A stretch of DNA of 38,822 nt from Betaproteobacteria bacterium (GCA_027307095.1 DAHUXO010000146.1:1-38822), one strand, 5' to 3'; counted from the stretch's first letter, positions 21,964 through 33,583 are shown. Notes: generated from the sequence alone by a model not told the origin. Numbers and translations are program-made.

Positions 21964-22847
21964 TTCGTCCGCAGCACGATCGAGTCGGCCAGTTCGGCGA
22001 GCCGGTTCGCAGCCCCGCCGAGAGGCGCGAGCGATGCACGGGCCTCCTCGCGCAGCTCCATCGCCCGGCTCTTCGCCTGTGCGAGCCCCGTGAGGGTCAC
22101 GAACGTCGCCTTGTTCCGGGCGGCATCCTTGCCTGCGGTCTTGCCCAGGCTCGCATCCGAGCCTTCGGCGTCGAGCACGTCGTCGACGACCTGGAAAGCG
22201 AGGCCGGCGGCTCGCGCATAGGCGTCGAGCGCCGACGCTTCCGCCGCGTCCAGCCGACGCCCGCACAGCGAACCGAGCCGGATCGCGGCAGCGATCAGTG
22301 CGCCGGTCTTCATCCGATGGAGCACTTCGAGGGACGCCAGGTCGAGCGCCGCGCCGGTGGCCTCGAGGTCGAGCTGCTGGCCTCCCGCCATCCCCGCGCA
22401 GCCCGAAGCCTCGGCGAGGATGCGGCAGGCTTCGGCGGTCGTCGGAGCGGGATCGGCGGCGAGCACCGCGAACGCCAGCGACTGCAGCGCATCGCCCGCG
22501 AGCAAGGCGGTCGCCTCGCCGAAGGCGACATGGCAGGTCGGCTTGCCACGCCGCAGCGTGTCGTCGTCCATGCAGGGCAGGTCGTCGTGCACAAGCGAGT
22601 AGGCGTGGATCAGTTCGACGGCGGCTGCGCGCGAATCGACGCACGCGGGATCCGCGCCGTTGATTTCGGAGGCCGCGTAGGCGAGCAGGGGTCGCAGCCG
22701 CTTGCCTCCGCCGAGGACCGCGTGGCGCATCGCGCTCGCCAGCGTCGCCGCCGGCGCATCCGGGGGCGGCAGCGCGGCGGCCAGCACGCCCTCGACGCGC
22801 TGCTGTCGCTCCCGCGACCACACCGCGAACGGCACGTCGTTACGCAT
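21960..22847 (-). CDS. ispA: Farnesyl diphosphate synthase / polyprenyl synthetase
   Basis: [50 protein letters not shown] and GKTAGKD. xseB-ispA-dxs order. Confidence 0.96.
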   Translation of the reverse strand: MRNDVPFAVWSRERQQRVEGVLAAALPPPDAPAATLASAMRHAVLGGGKRLRPLLAYAASEINGADPACVDSRAAAVELIHAYSLVHDDLPCMDDDTLRRGKPTCHVAFGEATALLAGDALQSLAFAVLAADPAPTTAEACRILAEASGCAGMAGGQQLDLEATGAALDLASLEVLHRMKTGALIAAAIRLGSLCGRRLDAAEASALDAYARAAGLAFQVVDDVLDAEGSDASLGKTAGKDAARNKATFVTLTGLAQAKSRAMELREEARASLAPLGGAANRLAELADSIVLRTK

Positions 22848-23079
22848 CCTCGGCCTCGCCGGAACGAAACGGCTGCAGCATCCCTTTTTCGAGGACCTGC
22901 ACCTGCTGCTGCGCGTCCTTCAGCGCGACCTGACAATAGGCGAGGAGCTCAGCGCCGCGCTTGTAGGCGGCGAGCGACGCCTGCAGCGGCAGCTCGCCTC
23001 CTTCCATCCGACCGACGATTTCTTCGAGTTCGGCGAGTGCCGCTTCGAAACTGGGGGGCGTTTCGGTTGTCTCGGTCAT
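22840..23079 (-). CDS. xseB: Exodeoxyribonuclease VII small subunit
   Basis: SFEAALAELEEIVGRMEGGELPLQASLAAYKRGAELLAYCQ..L. Confidence 0.96.
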   Translation of the reverse strand: MTETTETPPSFEAALAELEEIVGRMEGGELPLQASLAAYKRGAELLAYCQVALKDAQQQVQVLEKGMLQPFRSGEAEDA

Positions 23080-23116
23080 TGGGCGATCGGAGTGCGAGGT
23101 CTGCGGGAAGGCTTCG

Positions 23117-23146
23117 AGATTACGGCCGCGTTCGGCACGCGGTCAA
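23117..23146 (-). promoter_or_regulatory. Putative sigma70 promoter of xseB-ispA-dxs
   Basis: TTGACC (23141-23146), 18 nt, TAATCT (23117-23122). Confidence 0.55.
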
Positions 23147-23165
23147 TTCAAAGGACGACGCGACC

Positions 23166-23195
23166 TTGACCATGACTGAAAAAGCCTTATATACT
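23166..23195 (+). promoter_or_regulatory. Putative sigma70 promoter of the Rieske oxygenase gene
   Basis: TTGACC (23166-23171), 18 nt, TATACT (23190-23195). Back-to-back with the xseB promoter. Confidence 0.65.
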
Positions 23196-23387
23196 AGCAC
23201 GTTTGACGACGCGGCCTTTTGGGCTGTCTTCGCGGTGATCGTGCTGTGATCATCGAGAGGCGCCCACGCGATCCTTTCGCGCGGTCGACTTAGCAAAGCG
23301 GTCCGGGCGGCACGGCGTGCCGAAGCCGAGCGGTACCCCCCGGGTTGTTGGGTTGGGTTGGTTGGTTTTCGCATGAAAGGATGGTCG

Positions 23388-24497
23388 ATGTCGGATCTCG
23401 CCACCGCCGCACGGTTGCGGCAATCATCGTCGCAGTTTCCCGCCTCGTGGTATTGCGATCCCCGCGTGCTCGATGCCGAGCGCAGGCACCTGCTCGCGCA
23501 CGGCCCCGGCTATGTCGGCCACCAGCTGATGGTGCCCGAGGTCGGCGACTACCAGGTGCTCGCGGCGCGCGACAACGCGCAGGCGCTCGTGCACGGCCCG
23601 CAAGGCATCGAGCTGCTGTCGAACATCTGCCGCCACCGTCAGGCGATCATGCTGACCGGCAAGGGCAATGCCCGGAGCATCGTGTGCCCGATCCATCGCT
23701 GGACCTACGACTTGGGCGGCCAGCTGCTGGGTGCGCCGCATTTCGAGCCCCAGCCCTGCGTCAGGCTCGGCCGCTCGCCGCTGTCCAACTGGAAAGGCCT
23801 GCTGTTCGACGGCGTGCGCGACGTCGCGCGCGATCTCGCCGGCCTCACGCTGAAGGACCTCGATTTCTCGGGCCATGTGCTGAATCACGTCGACCTGCAC
23901 CAGTGCAACTACAACTGGAAGACGTTCATCGAGGTCTACCTCGAGGACTATCACGTCGAGCCGTTCCATCCCGGGCTCGGCCATTTCGTCACCTGCAACG
24001 ACCTGCGCTGGGAGTTCGCCGAGTGGGCTTCGGTCCAGTTCGTCGGCATCAACGGCGGTCTCGCGAAGCCCGGCACGCCGGCGTACAGGCGCTGGCACAA
24101 GGCGGTGCTCGACTACTATCGCGGCGAGCAGCCGCCGTACGGCGCGGTCTGGCTCACCTATTACCCGAACATCATGGTCGAGTGGTACCCCCACGTCCTG
24201 GTGATCAGCACGCTGATCCCGCAGGCGGTGGACCGGACCCTCAACGTCGTGGAGTTCTACTATCCGGAGGACATCGGGCTGTTCGAGCCCGAGTTCGTGG
24301 CGGCCGAGCAGGCGGCGTATCAGGAGACCGCAAGGGAAGACGATGAGATCGCTGAGCGGATGGACGCCGGCCGCAAGGCGCTGTACGCGCAAGGGCGCAG
24401 CGAGATCGGGCCGTACCAGTCGCCGATGGAGGATGGCATGCAGCATTTCCACGAGTTCTACCGCCGCGAGATGGAATCCCGTCTCGTCGACCTCTGA
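23388..24497 (+). CDS. Rieske non-heme iron oxygenase alpha subunit (possible putrescine 2-hydroxylase)
   Basis: Rieske ligands CRHRQ...CPIHRWTY, mononuclear iron motif NWKTFIEVYLEDYHVEPFHPG and the distal EDD. SD AAAGGA before ATG 23388. The specific substrate is inference. Confidence 0.92.
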   Translation: MSDLATAARLRQSSSQFPASWYCDPRVLDAERRHLLAHGPGYVGHQLMVPEVGDYQVLAARDNAQALVHGPQGIELLSNICRHRQAIMLTGKGNARSIVCPIHRWTYDLGGQLLGAPHFEPQPCVRLGRSPLSNWKGLLFDGVRDVARDLAGLTLKDLDFSGHVLNHVDLHQCNYNWKTFIEVYLEDYHVEPFHPGLGHFVTCNDLRWEFAEWASVQFVGINGGLAKPGTPAYRRWHKAVLDYYRGEQPPYGAVWLTYYPNIMVEWYPHVLVISTLIPQAVDRTLNVVEFYYPEDIGLFEPEFVAAEQAAYQETAREDDEIAERMDAGRKALYAQGRSEIGPYQSPMEDGMQHFHEFYRREMESRLVDL

Positions 24498-24507
24498 GCG
24501 CCCGAAG

Positions 24508-25428
24508 ATGCCACGCGCCACCCGCCATGCTCCGCACGCACCCGTGACGGCCACCGCGCCGGGCGCAGGCGACACCCGGCGTCATGCGACGCTTATCGGC
24601 GCCGAAGACCTGGCGCGCCACATCGGCGACCCTGCGTGGGTGGTCGTCGACCTGCGCCACGACCTGATGCGGCCCGAGCGCTTCGGCATCGAGCAGTACG
24701 AGCAGGGACACATTCCCGGCGCCGCTTTCGCGCGCCTCGATTCGGATCTTTCCGCGCCAATGACCGGACGCAACGGCCGTCACCCGCTGCCGACGCCGGA
24801 GTGCACCGCTGCCGTGTTCGGTCGCCTCGGCATCGACGCCACCAAGCAGGTCGTCGCCTACGACCAGGACCAGGGCGCGTATGCATCGAGACTGTGGTGG
24901 ATGCTGCGCTGGCTCGGTCACGACGCCGTGGCGATCCTCGACGGCGGCTTCGCCCGGTGGGTGCGCGACGGCCATCGGGTCTCCACCGAGCCCGGACGCC
25001 CGCAGGCGACAAAGTTCGCGCCGCACAACGTCCTGCCGACGGTCAGTGCCAGCGGCATCGCCGCGAGCCTCTCGCGCCGCTCGCTGGTACTGCTCGACGC
25101 GCGTGCTGCCGAGCGCTATCGCGGCGACGTCGAGCCGCTCGACCGAGTTGCCGGCCACATCCCCGGCGCACTCAACCGTCCCTACACGCGCAATGTCGCC
25201 GCCGACGGAACCTTCCGCAGCCCGCAGGATTTGCGCGCCGATTTCGAGGGCATGCTGCACGGCCGCTCCGCGGAAGACCTCGTCCACTACTGCGGCTCGG
25301 GTGTGAGCGCCTGCCACAACGTGCTGGCGATGACGGTCGCGGGCTACCCGCTGACGCGCCTGTACCCAGGCTCGTGGAGCGAGTGGAGCTCGGATCCCCA
25401 GCGGCCGGTGGCCAAGGGCGAGGTCTAG
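24508..25428 (+). CDS. sseA: Tandem-rhodanese sulfurtransferase (3-mercaptopyruvate/thiosulfate type)
   Basis: GHIPGA twice, GRHPLP, RLWWML, LDGG, LDAR, active loop YCGSGVSAC and YPGSWSEW. Start position uncertain. Confidence 0.92.
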   Translation: MPRATRHAPHAPVTATAPGAGDTRRHATLIGAEDLARHIGDPAWVVVDLRHDLMRPERFGIEQYEQGHIPGAAFARLDSDLSAPMTGRNGRHPLPTPECTAAVFGRLGIDATKQVVAYDQDQGAYASRLWWMLRWLGHDAVAILDGGFARWVRDGHRVSTEPGRPQATKFAPHNVLPTVSASGIAASLSRRSLVLLDARAAERYRGDVEPLDRVAGHIPGALNRPYTRNVAADGTFRSPQDLRADFEGMLHGRSAEDLVHYCGSGVSACHNVLAMTVAGYPLTRLYPGSWSEWSSDPQRPVAKGEV

Positions 25429-25991
25429 CGCTCTGGGTGTTCAGGCTCGATAGTGAGTGGCCACTTTGCAAGCCTGCGATAGCGGGCACCCTCGCGACCG
25501 GTCTCCGACTGAAGCAGCTCGAACCCGTCGATCCCCCACGAATACGGGCCGATCGGCTGCTCGTCGGGTGAAACGTGGCAGCGGCGCGCGATCGTCACGT
25601 GCGGGTGAAACGGCCGCTCGTCGCGGGCGATGCCGGCTGCGACGAGCGCGCGGGCAAGCGCTGCGGCAAACCGGCCCAACTCCACTGGAGGACGCGACGA
25701 CCCGAGCCAGGCCACGCCGGCACGCTTGAAGCCGCCCAGCCGGTCGAGCACCAGCGTCATGGCCCCGCCACGCTGCATCGCCCCGACGTCGATCAACGTC
25801 GGCAGGCGCGAGCTTGCGATCTCCCCGATGAACGCCAGCGTCAGGTGCAGGTTATCGGCCGGAACCGGGCGGCCGTGCACGCGTCGCGCCGTGGCGCGCG
25901 CGATTTCTCCGACCTCCGGACGCAGCTGCAGCGGCAGCACGCAGGCGTAGAACACCCGAACTGCCGACTGCTCGCCATGGGCCGCGGTCAT
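25425..25991 (-). CDS. thpR: RNA 2',3'-cyclic phosphodiesterase (2H phosphoesterase, LigT family)
   Basis: Two HxT motifs, NLHLTLAFIG and FHPHVTIAR; RVFYA N-terminus; stop overlaps the convergent sulfurtransferase stop. Confidence 0.92.
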   Translation of the reverse strand: MTAAHGEQSAVRVFYACVLPLQLRPEVGEIARATARRVHGRPVPADNLHLTLAFIGEIASSRLPTLIDVGAMQRGGAMTLVLDRLGGFKRAGVAWLGSSRPPVELGRFAAALARALVAAGIARDERPFHPHVTIARRCHVSPDEQPIGPYSWGIDGFELLQSETGREGARYRRLAKWPLTIEPEHPER

Positions 25992-26015
25992 CCGACGCAG
26001 TGTAGCGAAGCGCAC

Positions 26016-26101
26016 TGAAAACCGGGACGGACCACGTTTTCCGTGAAAACCGGGACGGACCACGTTTTCCGCGGAAAACGTGGTCCGTCCCGGTTTTCAC
26101 G
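26016..26101. repeat. 28-bp unit in three copies (two direct, one inverted) forming a perfect 60-bp palindrome
   Basis: TGAAAACCGGGACGGACCACGTTTTCCG at 26016-26043 and 26044-26071, with its exact reverse complement at 26072-26099. Palindrome spans 26042-26101. Confidence 0.95.
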
Positions 26102-26133
26102 CGGATTTCCGGATTTCAAGGTACCCGGCGCTC

Positions 26134-26163
26134 AAACGAAAGCGGCGGCCCGAAGGCCGCCGC
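26134..26163 (-). terminator. Rho-independent terminator of aceA
   Basis: Minus strand GCGGCGGCC-TTCG-GGCCGCCGC-TTTCGTTT: 9-bp GC stem, C(UUCG)G tetraloop and U-rich tail, about 25 nt after the aceA stop. Confidence 0.85.
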
Positions 26164-26186
26164 AATGCCCTGCGCGATGCCAGCGC

Positions 26187-27497
<1,311 letters not shown>

Positions 27498-27728
27498 TGA
27501 CTGCTCCCATCGATGCCGTGCCGGCGACACGGCGCCGGCGGATTGGTCAGTGACGTCCGCAGCCTGCGGACGCCCTTCGCGCGATCGACGCAGGACCTTG
27601 CCTGCACGTTTCGCAACAGGGACCGGCGAGGATCGCCCGACCGGCCTGCGGGCATGGATGGGTCACCCCTTGCCCTTCGCACGCTCGCCGCGGCGTGATC
27701 CTTCCGCGGCTCGACGTGACATGGCTTC

Positions 27729-27757
27729 AAGTTAGCAGAGCCTCGCCGGCCTCACAA
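27729..27757 (-). promoter_or_regulatory. Putative sigma70 promoter of aceA
   Basis: TTGTGA (27752-27757), 17 nt, TAACTT (27729-27734) with an extended TG, at the edge of an AT-rich island. Confidence 0.55.
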
Positions 27758-27796
27758 GGGGTTTTACTGCATTGCACTATGAATTTTTTCACAATA

Positions 27797-27809
27797 AATC
27801 AATAGATTA
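27797..27809 (+). promoter_or_regulatory. Putative IHF binding site upstream of aceA
   Basis: AATCAATAGATTA matches WATCAANNNNTTR exactly and is preceded by an A/T tract. Confidence 0.55.
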
Positions 27810-28039
27810 GAAACTGTTCCCACGATGCGGAAATAAAATGGTCATGTGGTCGACAAATTGCTGCTGCAATGCGCCTCACCGTCCGCGCAATGCACGCAGC
27901 CGGCTCGGATACCTTATGCAAGCCAATGAATTTAAATAAATCATGACAGTCGCGGCACCCGTGGCGACGGGCAGGCGTATCAAGAAAAATCGGAAATGAA
28001 TTCCATGCTCGCCGGGAGGCCCGGCGCGCCGCCCGACGA

Positions 28040-29218
28040 TCAGCCTCTCGCGGCCCGATGCCGCAAAGCCAGCATCGCTTCGATCAACTGCGGATCATCC
28101 CAGGGAACGTCGACGGGATGCCTGCGCAGCCACTGGCTCGCCGGATCGCGCAGCCATTCGCCGGGAAAGACGACGAAGGTCCGCTCCTGGCCCGGCTCCG
28201 GAGCGCTGCGCCCTGGCGGCGGCACTCCCCGCGCCGCCGCACGCAGCGCCGCGCACAGATCCACGCCGAGCACCGCGCCGTAATGGGCCGCCGGGCCGAT
28301 CCTCCGGCTGATCTCGACCAGATAGGGGTTCCCGGCCGCGTCGTCGATCACATACTCGCAGGTGAAGATTCCGCTGATCCCGAATGCCGCAGCCAGAAGC
28401 CGCGCGCATTCGCCCAGATCCGGGGCATCGCGAAAACGAAGGACGGTCGCGGGCGCCGTCGCATCCGCGCGTCCCGGCTGCAGACAATCGCCGGCGTATC
28501 CGGCGAGCATGCGACCCTGCCAGGCCACGACGTTCTGGTACCAGATCCTGCCCTCGATGACCTTCTGGACCATGACGCGGCGCGCGACGTCCGGTTCGAG
28601 GTCGCCGGGGTCGGGGGCGGAGAGCGCCGCGATGGCGGAAACGAGGGACCCGTGGTTCGAGACGATCCGCGTCCCGTCCCCCGCGCCCGAATGCGCGCGC
28701 TTGACGGCCAGCGGATAGCCATGCGATGCGGCGAACCGTTCCGCATCGTCGAGCGTGGCTGCGACGACGTACGGGGGAACCCGCACGCCGGCGCGTTCCG
28801 CTGCCGCCGGGACCCGCGTCCTGTCCGCGCTTTCGCGGTAGTGCGCCGGGTCGCCGAGCGACCCGCGAACCAGATCCGCGAGCTCCGCCCGCAGCTCCGG
28901 CCGCAGCTCGGACGGCGGCGAGACCACGAGCATCGACAGCAGGCGAAACGACATCTCGTCGCAAGGGATCACGTGTGCCGGCGCCACCGCCTTGACGATC
29001 CCCGCGAACGCATGGACCCACTGCAGGGATGTCACCGACTCCGGCAGGTAGGCGATCCGCGAAAGATGGCGGGTGTGCTCGGCCAGCGCATTGCGCGGCG
29101 TGAGCAGGGTGACCTCGAATCCGACCTTGGCGAACGCGCGCGGAGCGCGTGCCGGGGCGTACCAGCTTGCGGCGGTCGAGACCAGCAGGATCGAGTCGTC
29201 GTTGGCCATTGCAGTCAT
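28040..29218 (-). CDS. ATP-grasp domain protein, paralogue 1 (uncharacterised carboxylate-amine ligase-like)
   Basis: IPCDE, GVRVPP, GYPLAVK, VQKVIEG, CEY and VEISRR; C-terminal FPGEWLRDPASQWLRRHPVDVPWDDP. ATG overlaps the paralogue 2 stop (ATGA). Confidence 0.85.
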   Translation of the reverse strand: MTAMANDDSILLVSTAASWYAPARAPRAFAKVGFEVTLLTPRNALAEHTRHLSRIAYLPESVTSLQWVHAFAGIVKAVAPAHVIPCDEMSFRLLSMLVVSPPSELRPELRAELADLVRGSLGDPAHYRESADRTRVPAAAERAGVRVPPYVVAATLDDAERFAASHGYPLAVKRAHSGAGDGTRIVSNHGSLVSAIAALSAPDPGDLEPDVARRVMVQKVIEGRIWYQNVVAWQGRMLAGYAGDCLQPGRADATAPATVLRFRDAPDLGECARLLAAAFGISGIFTCEYVIDDAAGNPYLVEISRRIGPAAHYGAVLGVDLCAALRAAARGVPPPGRSAPEPGQERTFVVFPGEWLRDPASQWLRRHPVDVPWDDPQLIEAMLALRHRAARG

Positions 29219-30363
29219 TCGTTGCGCAAGGCGACCAATGCCTCGAAGAGCGGGGGGTCGTCCCACGGGACATCGCAGGGATGATCGCGCAGCCAGCTGC
29301 TGTCGGGGTCGCGCAGCCACTCCCGCGGAAAGGTGGCGATGATGCCGTCGCCCGCCAGCGACATATCCTGTGGCGATGCATTCGGAACGCCAGCGAGTCG
29401 CGCATACAGCGCGCCGCACATGTCGACCCCGGCGAATTCGTCGAGATGCGTCATCGTCTCCAGGCGCCGGTTGATTTCCAGCAGCAGGGGCGGTCCTCCC
29501 GCCGCAGGGGCGATGAACTCGACCGAGAGGAAGCCGCTGATCCCGAATCCCCGGCACAGCCGCTCGGTGGACTCGCGAATGGAGGCGTTGCGCCGCAGCC
29601 GCACCACGGCGGTCGCCCCCTTGCCCTGCGCGAACGCGACCTCCCGCTCACGCGCAAAGCCGGCGAGGCACGTACCTTCCCAGGCGACCATCGTCTGCGA
29701 GCAGGTGCGACCGTCGATGAACGACTGGACGAGCAGCCGAGGCTGGACCGGCATTCCCAGGTCGATCTGCATCGGTTGCAACAACCCCCGCGCCGCGTCC
29801 GCGAGCTCGTCGGGGTGACGGACGACAGCAACACCCTGGCTCGCAAATCCGAACCGTCGCTTCACGATCACCGGGAAACCGAGGCGCTCCGCATGTGCCG
29901 CGGCCTCCGCGACGCTTTGGGCGACCGCGAAGGGGGGGACCGGAACGCCGAGCGCCAGGGCAGCCGCGGGAAGCGCGGACTTGTCGACGCTGGTGTCGTA
30001 ATGCGCGGGGTCGCCGAGGGACCGCTGCACCAGCTCGCGGAGCGCCGATCCGGCGCTGCCGCGGAAGGCCGGCGGGGGACTGCGCACAAACTCGAACAGC
30101 AGCCGCAGCGCCACCTCGTCGCAGGGTATGAGCAGTCCCGGTGCGACCTCGCGTACCGCCCCGGCGACCGCGAGCAGCCATTGCATCGGCGTCGCGCCAT
30201 CGTGCATCGCGACGCTTCGAGCGATGAATCGCGACTTGAACGCCATCGCGCCCCGCGGCGCGAGCAGCGACACAACGAACCCGGCCTTCGCAAGCGACCG
30301 CGGCATGCGCGCGGTCCCATACCAGCGCGTGGCCGTCGCCACCATCAGCGCGTTGCGATTCAT
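29215..30363 (-). CDS. ATP-grasp domain protein, paralogue 2 (uncharacterised carboxylate-amine ligase-like)
   Basis: IPCDE, VDK, GVPVPP, GFPVIVK, VQSFIDG, VEF and LEINRR; C-terminal FPREWLRDPDSSWLRDHPCDVPWDDP. Start chosen by alignment with paralogue 1 (alternatives 30396, 30405). Confidence 0.85.
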   Translation of the reverse strand: MNRNALMVATATRWYGTARMPRSLAKAGFVVSLLAPRGAMAFKSRFIARSVAMHDGATPMQWLLAVAGAVREVAPGLLIPCDEVALRLLFEFVRSPPPAFRGSAGSALRELVQRSLGDPAHYDTSVDKSALPAAALALGVPVPPFAVAQSVAEAAAHAERLGFPVIVKRRFGFASQGVAVVRHPDELADAARGLLQPMQIDLGMPVQPRLLVQSFIDGRTCSQTMVAWEGTCLAGFAREREVAFAQGKGATAVVRLRRNASIRESTERLCRGFGISGFLSVEFIAPAAGGPPLLLEINRRLETMTHLDEFAGVDMCGALYARLAGVPNASPQDMSLAGDGIIATFPREWLRDPDSSWLRDHPCDVPWDDPPLFEALVALRNE

Positions 30364-30551
30364 CGTGAAACGCAAGCCCCTTCCGTCCGGCGCCATGCGG
30401 CGCACGCGGAACCCATGAATCGCCAGTGGTCGCGCGGACCGCGCGGCCTCCCTCGTGTTCGACGCGCCACTCGCCCGGCGGAACGCTCCGGCGGTGGGCC
30501 ATGCTTGGGGCGCATTCTAGCGCGAGCGGGCGCCCGCGCGGCCGGCTGCGC

Positions 30552-32816
<2,265 letters not shown>

Positions 32817-32901
32817 CTTGCTTCCTCGACTTCGACACCCCGCCGGAAACCGCTCCCGGCGCGGCCGGCGGTCCCGAACGGGCCGCCCGATCCATTGACG
32901 C

Positions 32902-33210
32902 TCAAGTCTCCTCCATCGTGCACTGCAGAGGATGCTGGTGCTTGCGCGCGAGATTGATCACCTGCTCGACCTTGGTCGTGGCCACCTCGCGCGTATAGGT
33001 GCCGCATACGCCCATGCCTTCGCGATGGACCTGGAGCATCACCAACGTCGCCTTCTCACGGCTCATGCTGAACACAGTTTGGAGCACGACGACGACAAAG
33101 TCCATCGGCGTGTAGTCGTCGTTCAGCAGGACCACCTTGTAGAGCGGCGGCGGCTTCACCCGGGTCTGCTCGACCTCGAGCACGCTGCCGTGCTGTTCCT
33201 GATTCGACAT
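32902..33210 (-). CDS. clpS: Clp protease adaptor ClpS
   Basis: [28 protein letters not shown] and HPLQCTME. Alternative start at 33240. Confidence 0.96.
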   Translation of the reverse strand: MSNQEQHGSVLEVEQTRVKPPPLYKVVLLNDDYTPMDFVVVVLQTVFSMSREKATLVMLQVHREGMGVCGTYTREVATTKVEQVINLARKHQHPLQCTMEET

Positions 33211-33240
33211 CGCGCGCCGTCGTACCCAGTTGGGGATCAT

Positions 33241-33270
33241 GTTTGACGATTGCAACACATTTTTCAAGGG
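33241..33270 (-). promoter_or_regulatory. Possible sigma32 (RpoH) promoter of clpSA
   Basis: CCCTTGAAA (33262-33270) matches the RpoH -35; the -10 match is poor. Confidence 0.3.
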
Positions 33271-33583
33271 GACGACCGATGGACGGGCACAGGCGCGAGG
33301 TCCATCAGGCGGAATGCGCATCGAACGGCTCGTATCCTACGGAAAGACGGGCGCCGGGCGCCGCGGGGGCCGGGATTCGCTCGGGTGCGGCCGCGACCGC
33401 CCGGGCCAGGCCAGGCACCACATTCGGGCGCAAACCTGTCGAAATCTGCACAAAACCGACGACCCGACACGATCCGGCGCCCGACCCGGTGCGGACTCGG
33501 GTCAAAACGGATTCGGCCGCGACAGGCATGCGGCCCGCCCGGTCCGGACCCGGGCGCCGGCCGGCGCCGCCCGGGATGCGCGG

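Noticed and set aside
25992-26063. N-terminal extension of ThpR given by the ORF track (MVRPGFHGKRG...)
   Set aside because: Derived from the palindromic repeat. ATG 25991, with a -10 element 7 nt upstream, is the more plausible start.
26016-26101. CRISPR array
   Set aside because: The 28-bp units have no spacers, one is inverted, and no cas genes are present.
28000-30550. ATP-grasp pair as a mobile element or recent genomic island
   Set aside because: No integrase, transposase, tRNA or flanking direct repeats. Composition looks like the neighbouring genes, and the AT-rich flank is better explained as the aceA promoter.
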